Shown piece after piece: positions 1-13,020 of a DNA stretch of 64,000 bases. The position numbers and the translations under genes were made by a program. Source of the DNA: Hydrolagus colliei (taxonomy: Eukaryota); NCBI GenBank assembly GCA_035084275.1, contig CM068742.1, forward strand, positions 3,100,001-3,164,000. The letters run 5' to 3'. How positions within the stretch are numbered: the first letter of the stretch is position 1; the number at the start of each line of letters is the position of its first letter. Below the pieces are notes generated by a model, which had not been told where the DNA came from, did no database searches, and was given only the letters and a program-made list of their open reading frames with translations.

Positions 1-1088
1 CAATAGCACAAATTGCAGCCTTGGTGCAAATCTCGCCTCTGTGTTTGAAGTGCAGCTTTTGAAACATATATATTTAAAAATATATAATAGCATTTTCATT
101 TTTCTCCATTTATATTTGTACATTTTTTTTGCGCTTCTAAATAAGAAACAGAAAGAAAGTGGAACCATGTGGCACACAGGAAAAGTCTCAGCATGATCTG
201 GCAGCATTGCTATCCGTGCAGGCTATATTAATGTACATTTCACTCAGGTTAACGAAATGACAGCACTTCTTCACTCATACAAAAGCATCTAGTCCCCTCA
301 CCCACCCCGATATTGTATAATGCATGTTGAATCTAAATTACACATAGTTAACTATCTACATAATATTTTACTTTATTTCCATTTTTGCTTAAAAACTTTG
401 AAAGCAACAACAAAGTGAAGCCAGTTTATACTGTGGGAAAACTCTGGGAATTATACTTTAAAATTTTATGAAGAACTAAGCCACTGAAAATTCTTGCCAA
501 TTGATCATTGTAAATTTCTCATCAGGGAATGTTGCCCGACAAATGACTAATATATTTGGGCAAACGGCACATTCACTAAACGGGGAATCTCAGTATACTG
601 TTCTCATGTGCATTCATTATCTTGCAATTTTGTTTCAGGCATCCTGATGTTAAAGAGCCAAGTACCTAATTTATAAATCATGGAGCATCCATACATGGGT
701 CACCTCCCATGGGATACTGAGAGACTTTCAGGATCTTACAATTTCAAATGCGGGCTCCTTTCAAATCCCAAGGGAGTGTCATAAGAATTCTCAACGTTGT
801 GCTGTTTATGAAACATTTATGCATGGACATAATAGTGGAAATAAAAATTGTATCATCATGGCAGAATGACACAAGAAAGCAGTTCCAACTCATTTTCCTC
901 AGCCACCAAAAAATAATTGCATTTAGTTGAAAACATACTATGTATGTGATATGCATAGAGATGTTTATGGCCAGAAATGCATGATGGCAATTACCATGTA
1001 AGGTAACTTTTCTTTGCTTGTGTGTACGCCAGTCAGCTTTATTTGCAGTTATTCATCATATCATAGACCTTGGCATAACATATATGTG

Positions 1089-1545
1089 TCAGCGTTCATT
1101 GGCAACATTCTTACCACTGAGTTAGAGGGCTGTGGGTTATATTTGTAAAATTTTTTGTTTCTAAATAGGAAACAGATAGAGGAACCACGATCTCTGAGAC
1201 GCTACCTTGCGTGGAGGGCAGTATAGTATATGTGTAAGTTCAAGTGCCACATCAGGATTTGTGAGCCATATAGTCTAAGTTAACACTTCAGTGTGGTGCT
1301 GGGGGATGTTCTGCATTGTTAGAGGTGCCACTCTTTGAATGAGATGTCAAACCAAGTTCCCATTTGCCTGTTCAGGTGGACATTAAGGATCTCACAGATC
1401 TGGCCAACAATTCCCTGGATATAAGATTGGGTCGGTCACTTCATGAATGTCTGTGGGACATTGCATGCACAAATTGGCTTCAGTATTCACCTTCAAAATA
1501 CAGTCACTCCACTTTACAGTAATTCCAGTGAGTGTTTTGAGACAC
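1089..1545 (+). mobile_element. Old Deu-domain SINE (SacSINE1/AmnSINE-like), head interrupted by a ~100-bp insertion
   Basis: tRNA-like head remnant CTGAGTTAGAGGGCTGTGGGTT...CAAGT; Deu-type body ACACTTCAGTG...GAGGTGCC...GAGATGTCAAACC...CCTGTTCAGGTGGACATTAAGGATC; 3' TGTGGGACATTGC...CAAATTGGCT block shared with other copies in the window. Confidence 0.75.
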
Positions 1546-1822
1546 CCTTCGGATTGAAAGGTTCTACATGGAATCCAAGGATTGTTGAATGTAGTCGACT
1601 GCTGTGGGGAGTGAACCCACAACCTTCTAACTCAAAAGCATGATTGTTACCAACTCACTGAGGCAGGCCACATAGTGAGTTTCCAAGCTAGATCCTGAAC
1701 GCATGTGATGTGGCCAATATGTTATCGTGGAGAAGTTAACACGAATGGAACTATGGTTGATTTCTTTACTTTGTCACCCAAGGGTAAGAAAAGTGCAGTT
1801 AGTACCCAACTACCAAACCATC

Positions 1823-2215
1823 TTCATAGAATCATAACATTTTACGGCACAAAAGGAGGCCATTTAGCCCATCGTGTCTGTGCTGGCTCTTTGAAAAGAG
1901 CTATTCAAAGTCAATCCAACTCCCCAGTTCTCTCACCATAACCCCGCAAACTCGTGCTTCCCAAATACGCATCCATCTCGCTTTTTGAAAGTTGTTATCG
2001 AATCGGCCTCTACAGGCAAAGCATTCCAGATTTGAACACCTTCCTGCGTGAAAAAAATTCTCCTCACCTTCCCTCTGCTTTTTTAGAAACTATTTTAAAT
2101 CTGTGACCTCGAGTCACTGACGCCCACCAGTGGAAACAGTTTCTCCCTTGTTTACCCTAACGGATTCCCTGACGATTTTGAAAACCTCCATAAGGTCTCC
2201 TCGTAACCATAAGCC
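1823..2215 (-). mobile_element. Older CR1 LINE 3' fragment
   Basis: CATAGAATCATA tail and 3'UTR (TTTTACGGCACAAAAGGAGGCCATT...CTCTTTGAAAAGAGC) homologous to the young CR1 copies; diverged ORF2 C-terminus. Confidence 0.85.
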
Positions 2216-2551
2216 TCGTAAATCTTAAACCAGTTAGTTTAATGCTGACTGTGGTCCAAACCTGGAGCCTTCCTAGTCTGCACAGTACATGTCCTCGTAA
2301 GTATCCAAAAAGGCTATTCATTGCAACGTAAAGTAATGTTTCCACCTCCCGTTGCCTCATGGAGGCTTCCTATTCGATTACAAGTTTAACAATCTGATTA
2401 GAAGGAATATTAAAAACTGCTTGAAACTGGATGTATATTTGTTTGGCTGTAATCCCAATGAAAGTCATGATAAAAATAAAATTCTGGGAAAAAAAACATA
2501 TTCAAATCACCACGCAAATCAGAGCAAATAAACAAGGATAGTATGACTCAC

Positions 2552-2605
2552 GTTTGCTTCCTAGAATAGATCCAAGGTCCACAGAGCTGACTTTGATTTG
2601 AGTGT
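2552..2605 (-). CDS. Candidate 54-nt internal exon of an unidentified host gene
   Basis: Minus strand: acceptor cttcaatgttttcatctttcaacag|ACAC and donor AAAC|gtgagt; length is a multiple of 3; two open frames (TQIKVSSVDLGSILGSK or HSNQSQLCGPWIYSRKQ); lies in non-repeat sequence. Confidence 0.45.
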
Positions 2606-4130
2606 CTGTTGAAAGATGAAAACATTGAAGCTGTTAGTTGTGAAAAGGATTGTAAAAAATTCGTCAACCTGCAAATATTGCCTCATTTGCGATGGTGATT
2701 TCCATTATTTTTCGAGCTTTCACACTCCCATTGCAACTCACATCTTTGCAGGAAACCGAATGATAATAAGACTACAATGAAAAAAATCTTCTGTGCAACC
2801 TGGTCACATATGTACTGAGGAAAGGAAAAAAAACACAAGGTGAACCTCAAATCCGATATGAAGCAGCTGGTATTTGCAATACATATTTAACAGGTTTTTT
2901 TTAAACTCCCTTTCTGAAAAAGAAATAAATAATTAACACCGAAAACAAAACGCTTATGTTGGTTCACTACGGGTCCTGAACATTTTACATTCTCTCACTG
3001 TTTATTATGTTAGATGCACAATTAATGTGCTGCTCATTATACGGTGACATATACACAGTTAATTGAGCACTGCTACATATTGTAATGCGATGTGTTGGTG
3101 AGTTTCTTCATTCAGTTTTTTTTTCAATGGATCTACATTTTTCTTGACACTCAGTGTAACAACCTTCATCTTGCCATGAAAGACAAGAGGAAATCTTCAT
3201 AAAGATTTTGGTGTGTATACCGATACTGACATTTTTAATGGTGACAGTGATGACAATGGTGATGCTGATACTCAAAGGTATGGGGGAGAACATCGGATCA
3301 AAAATTCCACCTAGTCTTAGCCTGTAAGATTCATTTGACTCACAATTTAAGATTGTGCAAAATTGTGGATAATTCATAAATTCAATCTAAATTTCGACTC
3401 TGGGTTTCAACAATACTTCCAAATGCCGACTTCCAAATGAAATCTGAATTGATCAAGTTACCACAATTCGTAAATTTTGGAACAAAATGGACTCGCAAAG
3501 AGCCCATTTTGTTAGGATTTGGGGCCAATAATACCCAACATTCTTAGGCTCACCCCATTTCCATTCCATACGGTCAATATAAATATTTAGACGATTCTAC
3601 CTGCCCCACATATCAGATGTGGAAATCCCCTACCACACCGTTACACCACTAAAAAAAACTGACTATCAATAATAATTATTATAATGCTTGTACTTTATAT
3701 AGGACTTTATCACTTCATCAAAATGTGTTTCATATGATTTACTGTATAATATATAATACATACATACTAAAACAGGCATAACCAGGAAAACAAGGGGTCC
3801 TGAAACATTTAGTATAAACAGAGAGACAGTGATGGATGGACTCGTGTGCGACTATTTCTAAATCAGTCAACTACACTTCACTTAAAACAACATCTGGCTA
3901 TGTCTCCACATATTACAGTCAGGATTTCTCTGTCAACGTTTCCTCTCATTAAATGGACTTTGAAGCATCACTCCAATGACCTGGATCACAAACCCGCCTT
4001 TAAATTTGCCTTCTAATGGCAAATTTGCTCTTTTTAAGTCAATCATTTGCAAATTGCTCATCATTTTTTTGTAGAAATGTTTTCAATATTAATTCACATA
4101 TCTGTGAACTAAACACACATGTTCCTTTTT

Positions 4131-6347
4131 AGATTCATAGATTCATAGAGTTTTACGGCACAAAAGGAGGACATTCGGCCCATCTAGTCTGTGCCGGCTC
4201 TTTGAAAAGAGCGATTCAATCCCACTGCCCTGCCCGCTCCCCATAGCCTAATAGACCTGTTCTCCATAAATAAAGATCTAATTCCCTTTTAAAAGTTGTT
4301 ATCGAATCAGCCTCCACCACCTTTTCAGGCAATGCATTCCAGATTCGAACAACCCGCTGAGTGAAAACATTTCTCCTCAGCTCCCCTCTACTTCGCTTTG
4401 AAACTATTTTAAATCTGTGACGAGTCACAGATTCGCCCACGAGTGGAAATAGTTTTTCTCTATTTGCCCTGTCGAAACCCCTCATGATCTTATAAACCTC
4501 CATTAGGTCTCCCCTCAATCTTCTCTGTTCCAGAGAGAATAACCCTAGCCTATCTAGCCTCTCCTCATAGCTGAAGTCCCTTAATCCTGGCACCATCCTA
4601 GTAAATCTTCTTTGTACCCTTTCCAATGTCTTCACATCCTTTCTGTAGTGTGGTGACCAGAATTGCACACAGTACTCCTGCTGAGGCCTCACCAAAGTTT
4701 TATAGAGGTTAGTCAGCACTTCCTGACTTTTGTACTCTATACCCCTATTTATAAAGCCTAGTATCCCATATGCCTTCTTAACAGCCTTGTCTAACTATCC
4801 TGCCACGTTCAACGAGTCACTAACACAAATCCCCAGGTCTCTCTGTTCCTTCACACCATTTAAAATTGTACTATCTAGCCTATATTGCCTCCCTTCATTT
4901 CTTCTCCCAAAATGCATCACCTCACACCTCTCTGCATTAAACTTCATCTGCCATGTGTCTGCCCACTTTACCATTTTATCTATATCTTCTTGCAGATGGT
5001 TACTATCCTCCTCACTATTCAGTATTCTCCCTAACTTAGTGTCATCTGCAAACTTGGAAACTGTACTCCGTACACCCAAGTCCAGATCATTGATGTAGAT
5101 TACAAAGAGCAATGGTCCCAATACCGATCCCTGTGGCACACCACTGCTCACTTCCCTCCAGTCTGAAAAACAGCCGCTCACTACAACTCTCTGCTTTCTG
5201 TCTCGCAGCCAGTTGTGGATCCACGCTGCCACTGTCCCTTTTACGCCATGGGCCTTTAATTTCCTAATAAGTCTCTCATGTGGCACTTTGTCAAATGCCT
5301 TTTGAAAGTCCATGTAAACTACATCAACTGCGCTACCATTATCCACCCATTCCGTTACCTCATCAAAAAATTCTATCAGATTTGTAAGGCAAGATTTGCC
5401 TTTAATAAATCCATGTTGACTGTCCTTTATTAGCCTATATCTTTCTAAGTGAAGATCTATCTTGCCCCTGATTATGGACTCTAGAAGTTTGCCCACTACT
5501 GACGTTAGACTGACTGGTCTGTAGTTACCATCCTTGTCCTTCTGCCCCTTTTTATACAAGGGAGTAACATTAGCTATCCTCCAGTCCTCTGGCACGACCC
5601 CTGTGTCCAAGGAAGATTGAAAGATCGTGGCCAGAGTCCCTGCTATTTGCTCCCGTGCCTCCCTTAGTAACCTAGGGTGCATCCCATCTGGACTGGGTGA
5701 CTTTTCCACCTTGAGCGACGTCAACCTTTTTAGAACTTCCTCTCTGGTTATAATTATTCTATCCATTTCTCCTACCCTCTCCTCTAATACCATGGCATTG
5801 GCTGTATCCTTTTCTTTTGTGAAGACAGAGGCGAAGTACTCATTCAGTACATCAGCCATGCCCTCTGCCTCCACAATGAGATTTCCTCCTAGGTCCCTAA
5901 TTTGCCCCACCCTATCCTTGACCAACCTTTTACTCTTAATATGTTGGTAAAAAACCTTAGGGTTCCCCTTAATCTTACTCGCTAATTGTTTCTGATGCAG
6001 TCTCTTTGCCCCTCTAACTTCCTTTTTTAGTTCTATCCTACACTTCCTATATTCTGCTTGGTTCCCTTCTGAATTTCGAGCCTGACACTTATCATAAGCC
6101 TCCTTTTTTTGGTTTAATTTGGCCCCGATTTCCTTAGTCATCCAGGGAGGTTTGGATGCCTTACATTTCACCTTTGTGGGGATGCTTTTGACCTGTGCCT
6201 GAACTATCTCCTCTTTGAACACTGCCCACTGCTCGTTAGTCTTACCTGCCAATTTTTCTTTCCAATCCACCAAAATTTGGCTTTGGGGACCTGTTTGTTG
6301 GCTAGGTCCCACCTCAACTCATTGAAATTAGCCCTTTTCCAGTTGAG
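4131..6347 (-). mobile_element. Young CR1 LINE, 5'-truncated, ORF2 RT domain with a premature stop
   Basis: ORFs 4795-6312 and 4216-4719 contain NYRPVSLTS, QHGF, YMDFQKAFDKV, GVPQGSVLGP, KFADDTKL; TAG stop at 4795-4797; octamer tail (AATCTATG variant). Confidence 0.97.
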
Positions 6348-7111
6348 CGGAGTCAAGTAATGGTATCAATTATGTCAAGTAATGGTATCAATTGTGCTGG
6401 GATTGATCAAATCATTGATCAAAATAATTCTTGAACCAACTGTTGAAAGGAATACTTGTGTGAAAGCAGGTGAGGAAAGGGATGAACCTAGCTATCATGT
6501 CCGTGGTCAAATATATTCCCAACACATCCATTCAGGTACATTTTTGTCTGATGCATTCAAGACATTATCCTTTAATTTCTACATTGGACAGGAGTTAGTG
6601 ATATCCTTGTTTTGGAATTTTATTCTGCAGCAGCTAAAAAGGAAAAGATAAGTGCTTACGGAACCTCTCTTCTAAAGTACAGTAAATAAATGCCTTTGTG
6701 GACCTCGAAGATCAGAAACAGCATTTAATGGTGAGTAAAATACATTTGTGCAAGCAAGCGACTAAATTAAAGACAAAATGGAAATCAAGAAGAACAGTTA
6801 AAGGCATAATCAGCTTGCTTGTTAAACTGTTCACCTGATAATCGCCCAAAATACTTATCATGAGTCCATTCAATTCGGAGTCATTTTGCCTTCGGGTTCA
6901 TTTATGCATGTATATTTGAAAATTTAGAACAAATATAAACATTTGTGAAAATCAATTTGAATCTAATTGGGCTTAGAATCCAATCCATTCAACTGAAAAC
7001 TAGCCAGCATTTGGAAATCAGCAGCTTTTAAACTTATTTCTTGAGGCTAATTGTGATAAACTTTATGAAAACAAATCCATGTCACTATTTAATATCTGCT
7101 CATTGTTGCCT

Positions 7112-7410
7112 CAACTGGCTCCAAGGTGACATGTCTGGCTATGGAACGCCAGAACCAAGCCAGCCTGATGTGGCGAACTTGGTAGTAGGGTTCCTGATCC
7201 AACCCGGGGCGCAGCGTGCCAAAGCACTGCTGGTGATAGCACAGTCACCCAGGCCCATTGGCAGGACAGGGAAGGGCAGACCAGTCACAGGTCACAGAGC
7301 AGGAACTAATCAGCTCCTGTTAACTTTGAAAGCCAAAGCTCTAACAGATAGTAAGTTTCTAGCTGAACAAGTCATGGGAAAGCTTGCCAGACAGCAATGT
7401 CAATGGCAAA
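7112..7410 (+). mobile_element. Dispersed repeat, possibly the 5' region of an RTE-clade LINE
   Basis: Collinear match to the reverse complement of 47746-48035 and a weaker match to 10260-10400; family assignment is tentative. Confidence 0.5.
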
Positions 7411-8370
7411 CTATGGTGTTTTAGCTGGTTAGACTATAGTAACACCTTGGGACGTCTCCCCGACATGAAAGGCGCTCTATAAATGTAATTTTGTTATTGT
7501 TGTTGTTGTAGTATCCCAACGCATACTCTAGGGTCCCCAAGCTTTGACTCTTGTCAATGTGGGCCTGATACTTTCTGGAATTAGATGATGTGACCTCCAG
7601 GGAGAGAGTGTGCATTCCATTCTAACAGTTTATATTAACAATAGTAGTCCTTGCATTTGATATCGCGCTTTTCACGGTCTCAAAGCACTTCACAGAATAT
7701 TTCTGGGATTTCCACGCGTAAGTAGAATGCACGGAATTCACAGTTTGGTTTGGCTACTCTTAAGCATGGTGATGCGTTTCTGCCTGTGCGAGATACACAG
7801 CTGACCCAATATATATGTACAATTGCACATGTTAAACAGTTAACAAGCGAACCAAATCTGCTTTTAATTGTGCTTCTTGCCTTCCAATTTGATTTAATTT
7901 AGGAGCTTGATAATGAGTGTTGACAATATACAGGTATTTGACTGCAGATAGCGAAATCCAATCCCTTCCTCACCAGCTTCACAGCATATTCTGTGAAGCG
8001 CTTTGAGATGTCACAATGCACGATAAGGCGCTATATATCAATTGCAAGGACTGTTATTTTCCTAATGCACTCGTTGCTGATTTCTCTGACACCACCATCA
8101 ACAAACCTCAACTCATCCAAAAACCATCCACAACTGCATTTGACTTCAAAATACCCAGTCGTTACGTTGTATGATATGTTCTGTGAAGAGCTTTGAGGTA
8201 TCCTCTTGACCTGAAATGGGTCTTATAATTTTATCAATTGCAGATGTGAAATTTTATTTAAATATTGTCAACTTTATCTTGCGATGCCCAAGCACAAGCA
8301 CACCCACCCTGCCATACAACACATCATTGTAAAGCACTCTGAGATAGTATTCTATGTGAAATAATACTAT

Positions 8371-8741
8371 CAGTGGTTCCCAACATTGGGTCCTGACCCA
8401 AATCAGGGTTACAGGTGTCCTCAGTTGGGTCGTGAAGGGTCATCAGAATTTTTTGTGTGTTTTTTTTACTGTTCAAAATGTTTTTTTTATGTTAAAAAAA
8501 ACCCCGGGGAGTACATCGCTAACCAATTTGTATGAAAGAGCGTACTTACAAGTTGTACTGAGTCCAAAAATAGAGGGAGATAAAGTTTTGACTGAGATTT
8601 GCTTGAGTCTCAATTTCGCCTCCTAGTGGTAGGAGGACCACGTGGAGGTTAATTTGAGTCGCAGGAAAAACTTTTGGTTTTGGGGACCTGTTTGTTGGTG
8701 GTTAATTTGGGTGGCAGCAAAACAAAGTTCGGAAACCACCG
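8371..8741. mobile_element. hAT (Charlie/Tip100-like) non-autonomous element
   Basis: Termini CAGTGGTTCCCAAC ... GTTCGGAAACCACCG form imperfect TIRs; subterminal GGGTC motifs; TSD not recoverable. Confidence 0.7.
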
Positions 8742-9180
8742 CAGTGCAGAAATGTAAGTTGTTGCTTGACAATGCGTCAAAGTATCCTGCAAACAGGATC
8801 AACAACAACAACATGACATTTATAGAGTGCCTTTCACGTCAGGAGAGTGTCCCAAGACGCTGAACAGTCAGGGGGCAGGGTTAGGGGGAGGGGAGGGGAG
8901 GGAGAGAGAGAGGTGGGGAGGGTGGCAGAAGGCCTGATCAGAAGGCAGAAGGATCGTTCCTCTAACACGGTTTCATCCAAATTGTAACACAAATTCTGCT
9001 AAATGCCAACTCATGTAGCCCAAAGCCATCTAACACTATTATAATCCTTCTTACACCTTTTATTTTTGGTCATGAAACCCTGTCACAACTAATTCTTTAC
9101 ACCTCAACTTTAATCATTCATGATACACTACATAGGTTTGCGGGCAACGAAAATCCTGCTGGTGACATTATATATAACAA

Positions 9181-9512
9181 CAATAATAATCCTTGCTTTT
9201 GATATAGCGCTTCTAGACATCTTAAAGCGTTTCACAGATGTTCACAGATGTACTGTGAAGAGAATTGACTATATATTTGTGGGCGAAACTCAGTACGCAA
9301 TTGCACAAAGCAGTGTCCCACAAGCAGTCGTGATTGAGTGACCAAATTTATTTCTAAAGTTTATTTTCCTGGAAAAGCGATCAGCCAATCCAGGCTCCTA
9401 CTGCTTACTGCTAGGTAAACAGGAGTGTGGAGTAAGGAAACTTGCCCAACATTTTGCCCTGGCGGGAATCAAATTCGCTTGCAAGTACTCTAACCACTGA
9501 GCTGCAGGACTC
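9181..9512 (-). mobile_element. tRNA-derived SINE with L2-type tail
   Basis: Head GAGTCCTGCAGCTCAGTGGTTAGAG; body GGGCAAGTTTCCTTACTCC; tail AAGGATTATTATTG. Confidence 0.9.
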
Positions 9513-10736
9513 TGCGATTAGGAATCAGCAGCTTTGCAAACATCGCAACCTCGGTGGCTCTCAGAAATCACAAAAATGCACTTTCCACCTTGTTGGAATG
9601 CAATGTATTCTTACGAAACAGATAAATGTATAGCAAAAATAGTCACTTTACACAAGTACTGGAAAAACACTCGAGTCATTTAGACGTGCAGCACTGCATT
9701 GTCAATGAAATGCACGCCTCTAGGCTAATGTAAGATTGTGGCACTCCACAATTCATTCAAAATATAATAATGCAGTACAGACACAATCATATCCATAAAA
9801 TTGCAAGCATTTAGTTTTATTGCATATGGATGTGCTAATCATTTTCACTTGAAAGTCTGTAATACACTGGCATAGAATTATCCTGTAGCTCCACAAAACC
9901 CTACAAAGCCATGTGCATATACAATACAACATTAAATTTGTATAGCACCTTTCACGTCGAGAGGACTCCAGCGTATACCTTCAATAATTTATATATTATT
10001 GAAGAGTACATCAGGTGCTTGCTTAGTTCTCATTTTCTGCTACAATTTTCCAGATAGGGATGGGGTTGTGATGTTTATCCAACAATTCATGAACCATACA
10101 TGAGTATGGGTAATGTTTTCTTTCCTGCAAATGGGCACCGAAACAATATTTTTTTTCAAAGGACCCCTGAAATCCATTCACACTTTCGCTAACTACCTGT
10201 TGATGCATTGAAAACATTTGTTATCTGTCATATTGGATCAGCAATTACATGGTATCAAAAGACAAATCAAGACCAGCCAGACTCGTTCATTGGCAAGAAT
10301 TGGAAGGGCAGATTGGTCATGCAAGCCACAAGCCTAATGGGTACGTATGTCCAAGGTGGAAAGGCAGTAGAAAGCTTGCTGGATTATGCTTTCGATTGCA
10401 TGCTTGTAGTATTAGTTGGTGAAACTCTAGCACAGTACATATTCTGTGATCCCCAAGAGCCTTGGCTTTTACCAACCCTTGTTGGTACCCTGTGTGAGGG
10501 GCACTGTACATGTGCAAGTTGTTGGAATAGTCTCTAGAATTAGGTGAGCAAGAGAGTGCACATCTTATTCCAGGCCCAGGGAAATTTCCATTTGGAGGTG
10601 GAAAACATTTGTGGAAACCTCAGTTTGTTTTGGATACTTTCAAGTCACTTTACACATGTATCAGATACACTGGAAAAGGACAATACCTCAGCGCCACAGA
10701 TATGATGGAACAAATGGCCCCCTACTAAACTAAATA

Positions 10737-10960
10737 CAGTAAAAGCCCGTTTATCCGACACCCTCAGGACCTGATCAATGCCAGTTAAAGCTCGTGCCGG
10801 ATATTTAGCTGAAAACGCAATTAAAAAAAAAAAAAAAAATTGAAAAAATAATGCATTTTTCTGGATAAATTCTGGTTAATCGAATGCGGACCTTTTTTTT
10901 GAGGTGCCGGTTATACGGAAGTTACGGTTGATTGGGTCACGGATAAACGGGCTTTTACTG
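10737..10960. mobile_element. Tc1/mariner (Tigger/pogo-like) MITE, 224 bp
   Basis: Perfect 21-bp TIRs CAGTAAAAGCCCGTTTATCCG / CGGATAAACGGGCTTTTACTG; TA on the left flank, TC on the right. Confidence 0.92.
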
Positions 10961-11602
10961 TCATTATATATATCCATTGAATACAGCAACCTTTCTTTTT
11001 ATAAATCATCTGGGAGGAGTGTGACTGTTGGTTTCCAATTGGCTCATGAACTGCTGTGGGGGCAGGGAGAGACATGACACTGAATAGAACATTGAGAACA
11101 GAATTTTCTTTTTTCTGGGGATATAATTTGAGGGAATATAAAGATTCAATACAGTACTACTTGGCATAGACATGATGGGCTGAATGGTTTCCTTCTGTGC
11201 TGCGTAATTGTACGATATTATTACAGAGAAACATTTGGATTCATTCTCCCCCCAAATGTTTTCAAAGTGTATCTTAAAGATTCAGTAGTACGACCTGCGT
11301 TCTAGGAGAAAGAACCTTTGGTGAAATTCCATCTATTTGAGTAAAGTTCCCTTTATACACATTAGAAGGTGCTTGTTTTACATGCAACTCTGCTGACATT
11401 CATTATATATCAACTTCCTTGCCCTCCGGTGGACGTGAATGTGCACTACAGTTTGATTGTAATTAGATTTTTCAAGTGAGATACAATTAATAACAATAAT
11501 ATTTGCTGGATTAATGCTGAACAAAAGAATTTGTAATCAGAAAAACACTGAACATATTTTGAAACTGTTCAAACAGTGACACACCCAACCCTTTTCGCAA
11601 TA

Positions 11603-11880
11603 GGAGTCCGGTAGCTCAGTGGTATAGAGCAAGCGAGACCTGGGTTCAATTCTCGGCAAGCCAAAACCTTGGGTTCCTTACTTTGCACACCTGATAATAA
11701 TCCCTCAAAAATATAATAATTTGTTCACTGAATCCACGAACATTGCTGGGGGAAATTGGCTGCTGCGTTTCACCCACAAATATACACAGTCAATTCACTT
11801 TACAGTATAATCTGTCAAGTGCATTGATCCATCTAGAACATGTAAAAGGCACGATATAAAACTCAAAGATTATTATTATT
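11603..11880 (+). mobile_element. tRNA-derived SINE with L2-type tail
   Basis: A box TAGCTCAGTGG, B box GGTTCAATTC, (ATT)n tail. Confidence 0.9.
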
Positions 11881-13020
11881 ATAATAATACAACAGAAGCT
11901 AGAATTTCGGTTGTACTGAACCACAAGGGCAACTTTCACTTTTGACTCGTTGAAGCTGCCATTGTAATATCATCTTGATATGTAAATGCAGCAAATGTTT
12001 TATCACTGTTCTATTGTTCAATTATTCACTAATTGTGCTGTGTTTTTAAATGTACCCAATTAGTTTCAATAATAATGATAATAATTCTGTAATAATATAT
12101 ATTTTCAACTAAATTGAGGAGTTTAAAGCAAGAACTTTTATCTACTGTTTCTCTTTGCTGTAAACTGTCTAGGACCAAACCTCAGAATTCTCTTATGAGG
12201 TTGCACTTGATAGAAGGAAAGTGAGAAGATCATGCAATCTATTTACCAAGATGCATGAAAGGTCTTGCTACTCATTCGGACTGAGAGCTTAAAAGGAAGT
12301 ATAGTATTCGCTCAAGTGTAAATTGACCCCTCGAGAAACTTTTTTTCTAGGATGGGATAAATGTTGTGCCTGCAGTATCTTCCAAGTAGTTATTTGCCTC
12401 AGTCCAATTTACCTTTGGAAATAAAACTAGGTATTAGTTTAGTCTAAGAACTGATGGTCTGTGTTGTGGTGATCACCTTTGCTGAGAGATTTGGGTCCCT
12501 GTGAGAAACATACAGTTTTGGTAGCAAATCATTACCTGTAGGCTAATTGCTAGCCATTTTGACGCAAATAATTCATAAGGTAGAATGATGATAGAGATAC
12601 AACACAAAATATTCTGTTTCATAAGAGAGAAAAAGAAGATAGAATCCACTTATGGAAACTGCCATTGAAAAGTGAGAAAGGTTAGCAATCAAAATGAAAC
12701 TGCCCCACTCCATTAACACTGCTTATTTAGCAACAAGCAAATATATTCCAAGATCAACAATAACAAAGGCAAACAATATGATTCCATATTTCAATCTATT
12801 AAATAGTTGTAGTGTCTGCTATACTTCAGAACCACTCAAATTTCATTAAAGAGCTGGATGATAATAGATTTTAATCTTTGACACTCCTGTGCTGTCAGCC
12901 TGTCAGCAATAATGATGCCGTATTCGAGTAGTGCACCTATAACAATTTTCCCACAAAAATCCTCAATTTAGATATGTGAATCTAGCGTTGAGACTTCCCA
13001 AGAGATTTGTATTCTTAATT

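Noticed and set aside
4730-5950. Antisense ORFs (MYSIPLFIK.., MARVPAICS..) recurring in CR1 copies
   Set aside because: Shadow frames of near-identical ORF2 copies; recurrence reflects recent duplication.
6540-6633. Strong minus-strand acceptor at 6634-6652 as a coding exon start
   Set aside because: All three frames hit stops before a good donor.
11603-11660. tRNA genes at the A/B-box motifs
   Set aside because: Each continues into the shared SINE body and lacks a complete cloverleaf.
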